Shown one piece after another: positions 25,007-34,495 of a DNA stretch of 64,000 nt. The stretch's first letter is position 1. Each line of letters opens with the position of its first letter. Location of the stretch: IMG/VR virus record IMGVR_UViG_3300045988_046889; one strand, 5' to 3'. The position numbers and the translations under genes are program-made. A model generated the notes under the pieces. The model saw only the letters and a program-made list of their open reading frames with translations, did not search any database and was not told where the DNA came from. The stretch is from a virus.

Positions 25007-27106
25007 ATGGCAATAGCAATTATAGGTACATTAAAGCATCTTCCTAAGGCATCAATACTGCCTACTTTACCAGAGACAGGTAGACCTAACAGGATATATT
25101 TTATCCCCAATGAAGACCCTACAGAAGATAATAGGTATAATGAATATCTATGGGTAAAGGATGAGACTTATCCTGATGGCCATTGGGAGCTTGTTGGTCC
25201 TACCACAATAGACCTGACTGATTATGCCACTAAGGAAGAGGTAAGTGATTTGGAAGACTCCATAGGTGAGCAAATAAAGAAGTATTTGCCCTTATCAGGA
25301 GGTACAATGGATAAGGGCAGCAACATATCCTTCCCATCAGATAGTGGGAGTACTGTGTATAATGGTTCTGGAATATCAGTGGGTGGCAAAGCCAGTACTG
25401 ACATCCTACATGCAGCAGGAGGCACTACTAAAGTTAAAACCTTGAATGGGGAATCTATATTAGGAGAAGGTAATATTGTAATAAATCCTTCAAGTGTTCC
25501 AGTATCTTTAAGTTGGTATAATAGGACTAGCAGTCAATATGATGCTACAATAAACCTGACAATTGGGGATACCACAGTAAACCTATTCCCTAATATATTC
25601 AAATTGTTTAAATCTGGTGTAATTTCCACCTCCGAGTCCCTTAGTATAGAACTTACTGCTAATCCTGGGGGAAGTGGGACACCACAAGTTCCTACCTCAT
25701 TATGCCAGTGGAGCATACCTTTGGCTGACGGTAATACCGCAGGTATTATATCAAGTGAGGATAAGGCTAAGTTAGATAATCTATCTGACCCAAAGAATTT
25801 GCTAGCTTATGGTGTGGAATGGGATTCTACCAACAGTAGTCCTGTACTTACTAGAATAGGTAACATGAGCCTGCATAAGTCTCTCCCAATACAATCAGCA
25901 TTAAGAGGATGTGTATGCCAAGGTAAAAGGATAATGTATTATTTGGACCCAAATGACTGGTCTAAGAAAGCAGATGGTACAGATTCCAGATTGGATGGAT
26001 ATGATGGTACTGTGCAGGTAGAGGTACCTGAATTTTATTTGTGGTCTGAAACAGAAGGAACCAAGTCCAGAGTATATGTGTCTACCCAAAAAGTAGTTCC
26101 TTATGCTGTAAGGATTCCTCATATGTTGGTAGATGCTTACAGGAGTACTATTCTCAATGAAGTGCCTGAGAACATGGGCTATCTATCTACACTTCAAGTC
26201 AATAGTGCTATTTCAGTTGTAAATACCTCTTCTTATTGCAGAGGAGGAAATAATAGCTCTAGCAGTGATACCTACTTGGAATCAGATAAATTCAGGACTA
26301 ATTTAGGAAAACCTAGAACAAGCACTAGTAGGGCAAACTTCAGAACTTATGCCAAAAATGCTGGCAAGATGCTGCTCACCTATGAATATTACAAGGCAAT
26401 ATTCTATTGGTTGTATGTTATAGAATATGCAAACTTCAATAGTCAGGCAAACTATGTTGAAGATTTGACTGAAGATGGATATAGACAGGGAGGGCTTGGT
26501 AGTGGAGTTACTACTTGGAGTGATACTGTTTGGAATACTTATAATGGCAGATGCCCAATAACTCCATGTGGATATTGTAATGAGTTTGGTAACTTTACTG
26601 GAATTAAGGACTTGGTAATTCCTGCTTCAGATGGTATCAGTACCATAACTTTCAAAGTACCAAGGTGGAGAGGATTTGATAACGTGTTTGGAGATGTTTG
26701 GACTAATCTGGATGGTATCCTAATAGATACTCCTGTCGGTGCCAGTGAGTCTACACCAAATTATGTGTATATTATAAATGACCCTGATAAGTTCACTGAT
26801 ACTTTGTCAGATGCACCTACCAATGCGGATAGAGTAGTAGTATCAAGACATGCAGGAGGGTATATTACAAAGTGGGCATTAGGGGAGTATGCAGATATAA
26901 TACCTGTTGGTGTTGGTGGTTCTGCAACCACTTATATGTGTGACTATTACTGGGCAGATTACGATAATACTCAGAATACGCTGCTGGTTGGTGGCCGGGC
27001 TGTTGATGGTGGTTTTACTGCTGGCTTGGCTGCCTTCGGTTCTACTGTTGGTTCGGGTCATGTTGATGCCTCTGTCAGCTTTAGGTGTTTAACACTAATA
27101 AGCTGA
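25007..27106 (+). CDS. tail fibre/receptor-binding protein; its C-terminus (ending SFRC, C-type-lectin/FGE-like) is the target of a diversity-generating retroelement
   Basis: 699 aa; N-terminal YLWVKDETYPDGHWELVG fibre motif; C-terminal ...WADYDNTQNTLLVGGRAVDGGFTAGLAAFGSTVGSGHVDASVSFRCLTLIS overlaps the VR. Confidence 0.6.
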   Translation: MAIAIIGTLKHLPKASILPTLPETGRPNRIYFIPNEDPTEDNRYNEYLWVKDETYPDGHWELVGPTTIDLTDYATKEEVSDLEDSIGEQIKKYLPLSGGTMDKGSNISFPSDSGSTVYNGSGISVGGKASTDILHAAGGTTKVKTLNGESILGEGNIVINPSSVPVSLSWYNRTSSQYDATINLTIGDTTVNLFPNIFKLFKSGVISTSESLSIELTANPGGSGTPQVPTSLCQWSIPLADGNTAGIISSEDKAKLDNLSDPKNLLAYGVEWDSTNSSPVLTRIGNMSLHKSLPIQSALRGCVCQGKRIMYYLDPNDWSKKADGTDSRLDGYDGTVQVEVPEFYLWSETEGTKSRVYVSTQKVVPYAVRIPHMLVDAYRSTILNEVPENMGYLSTLQVNSAISVVNTSSYCRGGNNSSSSDTYLESDKFRTNLGKPRTSTSRANFRTYAKNAGKMLLTYEYYKAIFYWLYVIEYANFNSQANYVEDLTEDGYRQGGLGSGVTTWSDTVWNTYNGRCPITPCGYCNEFGNFTGIKDLVIPASDGISTITFKVPRWRGFDNVFGDVWTNLDGILIDTPVGASESTPNYVYIINDPDKFTDTLSDAPTNADRVVVSRHAGGYITKWALGEYADIIPVGVGGSATTYMCDYYWADYDNTQNTLLVGGRAVDGGFTAGLAAFGSTVGSGHVDASVSFRCLTLIS
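26987..27088 (+). repeat. DGR variable repeat (VR) within the last 34 codons of the fibre gene
   Basis: Aligns with the downstream copy at 27188..27286; 21 of 22 substitutions fall where the downstream copy has A; hairpin GTGTTtAACAC at 27086..27096. Confidence 0.75.
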
Positions 27107-27187
27107 TTTGATAAAGAAAAGAAAATCATAGTTTCACTATGTAGGACATATGTTATACGACTTGGTTAGTTCTAATTGTAAAAACCA

Positions 27188-27286
27188 GTTAGTAGCAAGG
27201 CTAATAATGGTTCTACTGCTAGCTTGGCTAACTTCAATTCTACTAATAGTTCAGGTAATGTTAATGCCAATGTCAGCTTTAGGTAT
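27188..27286 (+). repeat. DGR template repeat (TR), non-coding, rich in AAT/AAC/AGT codons in the fibre frame
   Basis: gtt agt agc aag gct aat aat ggt tct act gct agc ttg gct aac ttc aat tct act aat agt tca ggt aat gtt aat gcc aat gtc agc ttt agg tat. Confidence 0.75.
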
Positions 27287-27572
27287 TTTTTTTTTGTTTT
27301 CTTCTTGAATTTTATATGTGATACATGTTCCTTGCCTCTAGGCAAAAGATAAATAGTTTAAAAAGTGCTAGTAAGGGTTGCTGAAAGTGCTTAATATGAA
27401 ACACCTAAATTATGGTTAAAAGAAAAGGAAATTTGATTTCATCCCTATGCAGGATGGATAATATTCTCTTGGCAGATACAAATGCTAGGAAAGCTAAAAG
27501 GAGGAGTAGAAGTACTCAAGGATTGCTTAATAGCTTTGGTGGAATTTATTGAAGTAATTAGGAGAAGAAGAT

Positions 27573-27914
27573 ATGATAACTCAAAGAAAGACTATAATAC
27601 CCATATTCAATTATAAGCTTACCATAGTCATATTTGATAGATGGGAAGAGTTGGAAGGAAGTATACCTCAGGATGAAATGGATACAGAAGCAAATGCTAT
27701 TACCATAAGTGCATATGGAGCATCTTTAGTAGCTGTTAATTCAAGGAGAGGAAGTAGCATAGTCCATGAGGCTGAGCATATAAAGAATCATATATGGCAG
27801 TACATAGGATACACCCCTCAGAGAGATAATGATGATGTGGATGCATACTTGCTGACTTACATATATAATAAGATAACACAAGTATTTTATAAGCATAAAG
27901 ACGATAAGGAGTAA
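27573..27914 (+). CDS. hypothetical acidic protein downstream of the TR
   Basis: 113-aa ORF with ATG start; acidic overall, which argues against an Avd-like DGR accessory protein. Confidence 0.4.
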   Translation: MITQRKTIIPIFNYKLTIVIFDRWEELEGSIPQDEMDTEANAITISAYGASLVAVNSRRGSSIVHEAEHIKNHIWQYIGYTPQRDNDDVDAYLLTYIYNKITQVFYKHKDDKE

Positions 27915-27920
27915 TATAGT

Positions 27921-27949
27921 AGGAGGTAATTATTACCTCCTTTTTTTTT
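27921..27949 (+). terminator. rho-independent terminator
   Basis: GGAGGTAAT/ATTACCTCC stem followed by T9. Confidence 0.7.
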
Positions 27950-28076
27950 GTACATATGTTACTAAGTTAAAGCCCAAGGTATAATCTTGCCCTTTCTTTT
28001 TGCATATATAATAAGTATCTTATTTGTGCTTGCAAAGTAATTTATTTACTATATTGTATGGGTGTAAAATTCTATA

Positions 28077-28084
28077 TAACTTTG
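28077..28084 (+). promoter_or_regulatory. Bacteroidota-type -7 promoter element (TAacTTTG)
   Basis: taactttgcattg about 30 nt upstream of the ATG at 28115. Confidence 0.45.
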
Positions 28085-28114
28085 CATTGTTTAATTATAT
28101 CATAATGGGAGATT

Positions 28115-29296
28115 ATGGAAGAAGAATTGATTTTAGACAATATTCTAGGAGCAGAGGAAATAGAGAATCTGTTTGTAGATGATGAAGTACAGGATACTTC
28201 GCCTGAAGATGAAGTAACTCCTGACCAAGAGGATGGTAAGGAGGATAAAAAGAATAAAGAGAAAGACGAAGAAACTACTGAGGTTATTGATGTAGATAAC
28301 TTGTTTACAGATGAGCCAGAGAGCGTAGGTAGTGGAAAGGATAATACAAAAGGAAAGGAAGATACTTCCTCTAGAGAGGACAGCACTTCTCCCCAAAAAA
28401 CTATCTACTCTTCCATTGCTAAAGCCTTGAAGGAGGAAGGTATCTTTCCAGACCTTGATGATGAAGTCCTCTCTAAAGTCAAGGAGCCTGAAGATTTCAG
28501 GGACTTAGTGGAACAGCAAATCAAGGCTGGTCTTGAAGAGAGACAGAAGAGGATTGATGATGCACTTAATTATGGCATTGAACCCACAGAGATAAAAAGG
28601 TATGAGAATACCTTGAACTTCCTTGACAGTGTTAAGGAGGAAAATATCACTGATGAGAGTGATAAAGGTGAAGAGTTGAGAAAGAATCTTATCTTTCAGG
28701 ACTTCATTAATAGGGGTTACAGCAGAGAAAGAGCCACAAGAGAAGTACAGAAATCCTTTAATGCTGGTACTGATATTGAGGATGCAAAGGAAGCATTGAA
28801 GAGTAATACTGAATACTTCAAGGGTAAATATGATGACCTTATTGAGGATGCCAAGTTAGAGGCACAGAAGGAAGAAGAGAACAGGAAGGAACAGGCTAAT
28901 AAACTAAAGGAGTCTATTCTCAATGAAAAGAATATATTGGGAGACTTGTCAATAGATAAGCCGACAAGGCAGAAGATATATGATAACATATCCAAGCCTA
29001 TATATAAAGACCCTGAAACTGGAGAGTATTATACTGCTATTCAGAAGTATGAAAAGGATAACAGAGTAGACTTCCTGAAGTACTTGGGTCTGATTTTTAC
29101 ATTGACTGATGGGTTCAAGAGCCTTGATGGTCTGGTAAAAGGCAAGGTAAGGAAAGAGGTAAAGAATGGCCTGAGGGATTTGGAACACGCTATTAATAAC
29201 ACTGCAAGAAACTCAGATGGTAATCTGAAGTTTGTTAGTGGAGTAGATGAAGACCCTGAATCATTCATAGGTAAAGGTTGGAAAATAGATGTCTAA
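28115..29296 (+). CDS. scaffolding-like protein (highly acidic, coiled coil)
   Basis: 393 aa; N-terminal third is Asp/Glu-rich (EEELILDNILGAEEIENLFVDDEVQDTSPEDEV...); long helical middle; two genes upstream of the putative MCP. Confidence 0.4.
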   Translation: MEEELILDNILGAEEIENLFVDDEVQDTSPEDEVTPDQEDGKEDKKNKEKDEETTEVIDVDNLFTDEPESVGSGKDNTKGKEDTSSREDSTSPQKTIYSSIAKALKEEGIFPDLDDEVLSKVKEPEDFRDLVEQQIKAGLEERQKRIDDALNYGIEPTEIKRYENTLNFLDSVKEENITDESDKGEELRKNLIFQDFINRGYSRERATREVQKSFNAGTDIEDAKEALKSNTEYFKGKYDDLIEDAKLEAQKEEENRKEQANKLKESILNEKNILGDLSIDKPTRQKIYDNISKPIYKDPETGEYYTAIQKYEKDNRVDFLKYLGLIFTLTDGFKSLDGLVKGKVRKEVKNGLRDLEHAINNTARNSDGNLKFVSGVDEDPESFIGKGWKIDV

Positions 29297-29327
29297 ACAA
29301 TTATGCCGAGGATAAAAAGGTTGATAC

Positions 29328-29353
29328 AATGGGTAGGAGACCCTAATCTCCTA
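29328..29353 (+). other. perfect 10-bp stem hairpin (GGGTAGGAGA-cccTAa-TCTCCTACCC) without a T tract
   Basis: Seen directly in the sequence after the scaffold-like gene; possible RNA processing, attenuation or regulatory stem-loop. Confidence 0.4.
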
Positions 29354-29378
29354 CCCAACAGAGAAAAAAACAAACATA

Positions 29379-30128
29379 GTGTATAAGGATAAGTCTGCTT
29401 CTTACTCTTCACTTATAGAGGTGTGTGAGAACACGGATAATCCTTCACTTCCATATGTATTTACATTAGGTCCTGCTAAAAGCTGTAGGGTAATATGTGT
29501 CAATAAACTTAGTCGTATTGATACTACCAATGTAAAAGATAAGACTAAGATATTCATAGCAAGTATGATTCATTCCAGATATGGCTCCAATGAATCTGTC
29601 ACTCCCGGTTTTGGAATTTGGGGAATGTATAGTAGTATTGTCATGCCGGGGATATATCTTATTTACTCAATGGGTAACAATGTATCAGTAACAGTAACAC
29701 CCATTACTGACAGTAATGATATAAAGAAACTATCTCAAGGCTCTTTGGATGAACCACCTTCAGAAATTATGACTCCAGGTCTTAAACTACAGAAGTTTAC
29801 TCCGATAATGTTGTTTTCTGAATTTACCAATTCAAGGATACTTTGGAACACAGATAATACAAAAGCTTTCATTTCATGTGGTGGAGGCTGCTTCATTCCT
29901 GTATTGCTTTTTAGGAATGGAAAAGACTTGAAGTCTGAAAGATTTAATCCTGAAAGCATAAGAAAGGCATTGACTTCCAAAGACGAAGTTCTGTTATTGT
30001 TCTCATCCCTTTCTTATCACGATAATGAATTGAAGGTACTAAAGGATGGTACTACTTATAAGTTGAATAAGACTTGGGAGGACTTAGGACTTCAGGATTT
30101 GTATGAAGAATATTTAAAATCTAAGTAA
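29379..30128 (+). CDS. hypothetical structural-module protein
   Basis: 249-aa ORF; the track start is GTG (the first ATG is far internal), so the start is uncertain. Confidence 0.35.
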   Translation: MYKDKSASYSSLIEVCENTDNPSLPYVFTLGPAKSCRVICVNKLSRIDTTNVKDKTKIFIASMIHSRYGSNESVTPGFGIWGMYSSIVMPGIYLIYSMGNNVSVTVTPITDSNDIKKLSQGSLDEPPSEIMTPGLKLQKFTPIMLFSEFTNSRILWNTDNTKAFISCGGGCFIPVLLFRNGKDLKSERFNPESIRKALTSKDEVLLLFSSLSYHDNELKVLKDGTTYKLNKTWEDLGLQDLYEEYLKSK

Positions 30129-30161
30129 AGATTATAATTTTAACTAATAAACAATTATTTT

Positions 30162-31538
30162 ATGGCTGGAAAATTAGGTAAGTTTCAGATGGTGGGCTTC
30201 CAACATTGGAAGGGTTTGACTAAAGAGAACCACCTAGGCTCTATCTATCAGTTAGCTCCGCAAAGAGCTACAAACCTAATGGTACAACTGCTGGCCTTCT
30301 ATAGAGGAAAGACACTTGATTCATTCTTGAATCAGTTCCCTGTAAAGGAGTTCGAGGATGACAGTGAATACTACTGGGACGTTATTGGTTCTTCAAGAAG
30401 GAATATTCCTTTGGTAGAGGCAAGAAAAGAGGATGGAACAAAGGTTGAAGATGATGGTAGTATGATTGGAGAGGGTACTTCTCCCTTCTATCTTGTTTTC
30501 CCTGAGGACTGGTTTGCAGATGGTGAGTACATTGTGGGTAATCTAAATGAACTGTACCAATTCAGAATTTTAGGAGACCCTAGAATGGAAGGTACCAATG
30601 CAGTTTATAAGGTAGAACTTGCTGGAGGTAATACAGCAGGAATTCCTGCTGAAAGGCTACTTGCAGGAGAGAGATTCTCTATTGAAGCTGCATTTGTAGA
30701 AAAGGAACTATCAAGAAAAGTTGGTGATGTAAGATATACAAGCCCTGTTTCTATGAGGAATGAGTGGTCTGTAGTAAGAATCCAACACAAGGTTCCGGGT
30801 TCAATGCTGAGCAAGAAGTTGGCTGTAGGTATTCCTATTATCAAGGAGACTGATGGTAGATATACCAAGTCAATAGCTAAAATGTGGATGCATAATGTGG
30901 ACTTTGAGGTAGAACAACAATTCTCTGAGTACAAGAACAATGCTCTTGCATTTGGTAGAAGCAACAGAAACTCCAATGGTGAATATATGAACATTGGTAA
31001 GTCTGGTGGTGTAATCAAGACTGGTGCTGGTCTGTTTGAGCAGATGGAAGTTGCTAATACTATGTACTACAATGTATTCAGCTTGAAGCTTCTTGAGGAT
31101 GCCCTATATGAGCTTTCTGCTTCTAAATTGGACTTTGGTGATAGATACTTCCTAATCAAGACTGGTGAAAGAGGTGCTATTCAATTCCACAAGGAAGTGT
31201 TGAAGACAGTATCAGGTTGGACACAGTTTGTTCTTGATAACAACTCTATTGGTGTTGTTCAGAAGACTCAGTCTCAGTTGCATCAAAATGCCCTGAGTGC
31301 AGGTTTCCAATTTGTAGAATATAGAGCACCTAATGGTGTAAGGGTTAAGATTGATGTAGACCCATTCTATGATGACCCTGTTAGAAATAAGATACAACAT
31401 CCAAATGGAGGTGTTGCCTTCTCTTACAGATATGATATTATGTATATTGGTACTATGGACCAACCTAATATCTTCAAGTGTAAGATTAAGGGTGATAATG
31501 AATATAGAGGTTACCAATGGGGATTAATGGCTGCATAA
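30162..31538 (+). CDS. putative major capsid protein
   Basis: 458 aa; position after the scaffold-like gene, size and mixed alpha/beta composition; no motif-level proof. Confidence 0.4.
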   Translation: MAGKLGKFQMVGFQHWKGLTKENHLGSIYQLAPQRATNLMVQLLAFYRGKTLDSFLNQFPVKEFEDDSEYYWDVIGSSRRNIPLVEARKEDGTKVEDDGSMIGEGTSPFYLVFPEDWFADGEYIVGNLNELYQFRILGDPRMEGTNAVYKVELAGGNTAGIPAERLLAGERFSIEAAFVEKELSRKVGDVRYTSPVSMRNEWSVVRIQHKVPGSMLSKKLAVGIPIIKETDGRYTKSIAKMWMHNVDFEVEQQFSEYKNNALAFGRSNRNSNGEYMNIGKSGGVIKTGAGLFEQMEVANTMYYNVFSLKLLEDALYELSASKLDFGDRYFLIKTGERGAIQFHKEVLKTVSGWTQFVLDNNSIGVVQKTQSQLHQNALSAGFQFVEYRAPNGVRVKIDVDPFYDDPVRNKIQHPNGGVAFSYRYDIMYIGTMDQPNIFKCKIKGDNEYRGYQWGLMAA

Positions 31539-31665
31539 GCCTTTGCACATTTCTCAGTTCCCATAGCCTGACCTAGAAACAGAAGAGAGGCTAAAAATAA
31601 AACAAGGTTAATTGCTGGAAGTTCCTTAGAGCTTTCACTGCTTTTTAAACTTCAAACATTTAAAT

Positions 31666-32253
31666 ATGGAAGTTAAAGAATTATGGAAGTCCCTTGAAGA
31701 GTATAAGGGTATTAGAGTAAGCTCAATTGGTAGAATATGGAAAGCTGCCAATAAGAGTAGAAAAGAGAGAATATTGACAGAGTTTCCAAAAGATAGAGAT
31801 GGTTATTGTAGAGTCTCAGTTCAGAAATTGGATGGAACTTGGACTTCACAACCAGTACATAGATTAGTTGCTAAAGCATTTATCCCTAATCCAGATAATA
31901 AACAAGCAGTTAATCATATAGATGGAAACAGACAAAATAATAGGATTGAAAATCTAGAGTGGGTAACTCCAAAGGAAAACGTAATACATTCTTTTAGATT
32001 TGGGTCAAGAAGAGTATATAAGGAAGTTCCTAAGAAGACAATTCTAACAGATTTTCAAATAAGTCAGATAGATAAACTTAGAGAGACATATACAGTCAAT
32101 CAGATTGCTAAACTCTTTAATATAGAATATCAATCTCTTAAAAACATAATTCATAAAAAGAAACAATGTGAAAGATTGGATAATCAGCAGCCAAGCATAT
32201 ATAATAGTATATATGAAGGTTCAGAGACTATCCCAGATGGGAGTAAGCATTAA
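31666..32253 (+). CDS. HNH homing endonuclease (HNH_3/NUMOD type)
   Basis: HRLVAKAFIPNPDNKQAVNHIDGNRQNNRIENLEWVTPKEN is the canonical HNH_3 motif; free-standing after the putative MCP. Confidence 0.65.
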   Translation: MEVKELWKSLEEYKGIRVSSIGRIWKAANKSRKERILTEFPKDRDGYCRVSVQKLDGTWTSQPVHRLVAKAFIPNPDNKQAVNHIDGNRQNNRIENLEWVTPKENVIHSFRFGSRRVYKEVPKKTILTDFQISQIDKLRETYTVNQIAKLFNIEYQSLKNIIHKKKQCERLDNQQPSIYNSIYEGSETIPDGSKH

Positions 32254-32583
32254 GTAATGCTGAAATGCCTTGCTCATCTAAATAGATGATGAAGATATAG
32301 TCCGAACTTTAGTGAAAGCTAAAGATATTACATGGGCACGATGTAATAGTAACATAAAAATGTGAGAAATCCATTTACAGGACAGATAGGTAATCCTTAC
32401 ATGTCATTTGATGAGGATGCTGCTGTAATACACAGAATGGCTACTCTTGGTATCTGTGTTCTTGACCCAACAAGAACTATGTCATTGATTCCTGCTATTT
32501 TGCAAGGATAAACTATAAAGGGGAGTAGGGGTAACTCCTGCTTCCCTTAATTTATTTTTATTTCTATTAAATAAGGAGAAGAT

Positions 32584-33615
32584 ATGTCAAAGGAAAAGGA
32601 AGAAGTAGATTATGGTATACTTGGTTTTGAAGTAGATGATACAGCACTGTCATTGAAGGAAGTGCCAAAAGAAGAGGAAAAACCTGCAAGGAGAAAACCA
32701 AAAGCCCCACAGGAAGTGGGAAATATAGAAGAGGATGGTGATGAGCAGTTGATAAGCTGTTTAAGAAATGAGAGAGTAATTGTCAGATTCATTCCCAAAC
32801 TAGGAGGAATATGGGGGACTAACCCTAAACATCTTCTTGCTGGAGGTATGGCAGAAGGGTCTGTTAGGATATTTGTAGTACCTAGACTGTCATCAGGCAT
32901 GTATGTCAATGTACTTACAGACAAGGAAAAGGCATTCTTGGAAGATGCAATGGGCTTGGAATACAATGCCCTAAGTATCTATAAGAAGGTAGATAACTTC
33001 TGGGATGATTCTAATGAGAGTGGGATAAATAAGGTAAGACTGACAAAACAGGATAATTACCTTAACCTGTCCAATCCAGAAGATTATATAAGATATAAAA
33101 TACTCTTGGCTAATAAGGACTTTATTGCACCATCATTGCAGGCTTTGCAAGACAGACCTAAGGCTTCATATCAGTTTGTCATCATTTCTGAGAATGATGA
33201 GACAAAGACTGCTCAGGATAATATGAGCACTACAATGAAGTGTTATAAGGAGTTTGGAAAGATTGAGAGTGATGTGGATACTTTGAGAGTTATCATAGAG
33301 ACTGTTGATGGAAGACCTACATCTCAAAATGCTAAACTAGAGTTCTTGCAGACTAAGGCTAATGAGCTTATTCAATCCAATAACAAGCTCTTCCTGAAGG
33401 TTATCACTGACCCAATGTTGCCTACTAAGGTATTCATCAAGAAGAGTATAGAAGCAGGATTGATTTCAAATAGAGGAGGTTTCCTATACTTGAGAAGTGA
33501 CAATACTCCACTATGTGAGGCTAATGAGGAACCTACATTGAATACAGCAGCCAAGTACCTGAACTCTCCAAAACATCAGGAAATCAAGTTTTCCTTGGAG
33601 GCTAAGTTAAAATAA
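32584..33615 (+). CDS. hypothetical virion-module protein
   Basis: 343-aa ORF with ATG start; acidic/basic N-terminus. Confidence 0.45.
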   Translation: MSKEKEEVDYGILGFEVDDTALSLKEVPKEEEKPARRKPKAPQEVGNIEEDGDEQLISCLRNERVIVRFIPKLGGIWGTNPKHLLAGGMAEGSVRIFVVPRLSSGMYVNVLTDKEKAFLEDAMGLEYNALSIYKKVDNFWDDSNESGINKVRLTKQDNYLNLSNPEDYIRYKILLANKDFIAPSLQALQDRPKASYQFVIISENDETKTAQDNMSTTMKCYKEFGKIESDVDTLRVIIETVDGRPTSQNAKLEFLQTKANELIQSNNKLFLKVITDPMLPTKVFIKKSIEAGLISNRGGFLYLRSDNTPLCEANEEPTLNTAAKYLNSPKHQEIKFSLEAKLK

Positions 33616-33631
33616 AGAAGAATATAAGATT

Positions 33632-34495
33632 ATGACACTACAGGAGTTTTCAGATGAATTTGATGTTCTCTACAATAATATATCCAGTAACCAAGCTCCG
33701 GGCCTTAATGAGTATGAAAAGTCTGTGTTCCTCACAAAAGCTCAGAATGAGATAATAAAGAACTACTTTACTTCTACCCAAGGAGGTAACAAGTACCAGC
33801 AAGGGTTTGATGATTCTGCCAAAAGACAAATAGATTTCTCTACTCTTCTAGTGCAAGAAGCCTGTCCCTTGATAAAGGTGGATTCCAAGAGGGGAACTGA
33901 TATTTTGGAGGGTGTCGCAATCCCCGGAAATATCTATGGTAGTGCTCCTGAAGCTGTGCTATTCAATGCCCCTAGCTTTATTGACAAAATACTGTTAGTG
34001 GTATCAGAAAGGATAATCATTAAGGGTGCAGATGATAATGTAGATAAGTATTATCAGGTAGTGCCTATAAAATTAGATAGTTTGCTTAATAACCTGAGCA
34101 AGCCCTATGGAAGACCTTTAAAGAGGCAAGTGTGGAGAGTTATAGAGACTTTTGGAGACCCTAAAGGGTCTGGAGACCAGACTGTAATTCCCACAAAGTA
34201 CAATGGGTTCAGGTTTATATTGCATGATGCAGATGAGAAATTCCTAGGAGAATCTGGAGGTGAAAGTCCAGAGAGTACCAAGGCCATTTACTTTATCACA
34301 TATCTAATCAAGCCTAAGCCAATAGTATTGGAGGACTTGGTTGGTGTATCAGTAGATGGAGAATCACAGCAATCTCCATGTGTTTTGAATAGTGAACTAC
34401 ATCCTGAAATTCTTCAAAGGGCAGTAGAGTTAGCTAAATCTGCTTATATGGGAGATTTGAAAAGTAGTGTTGAACTGGGACAAAGAAGTGAATAA
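33632..34495 (+). CDS. structural-module protein, paralogue A
   Basis: N-terminus MTLQEFSDEFDVLYNNISSNQAPGLNEYEKSVFLTKAQNEII parallels that of the next gene. Confidence 0.5.
   Translation: MTLQEFSDEFDVLYNNISSNQAPGLNEYEKSVFLTKAQNEIIKNYFTSTQGGNKYQQGFDDSAKRQIDFSTLLVQEACPLIKVDSKRGTDILEGVAIPGNIYGSAPEAVLFNAPSFIDKILLVVSERIIIKGADDNVDKYYQVVPIKLDSLLNNLSKPYGRPLKRQVWRVIETFGDPKGSGDQTVIPTKYNGFRFILHDADEKFLGESGGESPESTKAIYFITYLIKPKPIVLEDLVGVSVDGESQQSPCVLNSELHPEILQRAVELAKSAYMGDLKSSVELGQRSE

Noticed and set aside
27121-27300. Pseudogene fragment or duplicated 3' end of the fibre gene
   Set aside because: The adenine-restricted mismatch pattern against the gene copy is not what neutral decay of a duplicate would produce. 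It is reinterpreted as a DGR template repeat.
27573-27914. Avd-like DGR accessory protein
   Set aside because: The protein is acidic and lacks the basic helical character of Avd, so it is kept as hypothetical.
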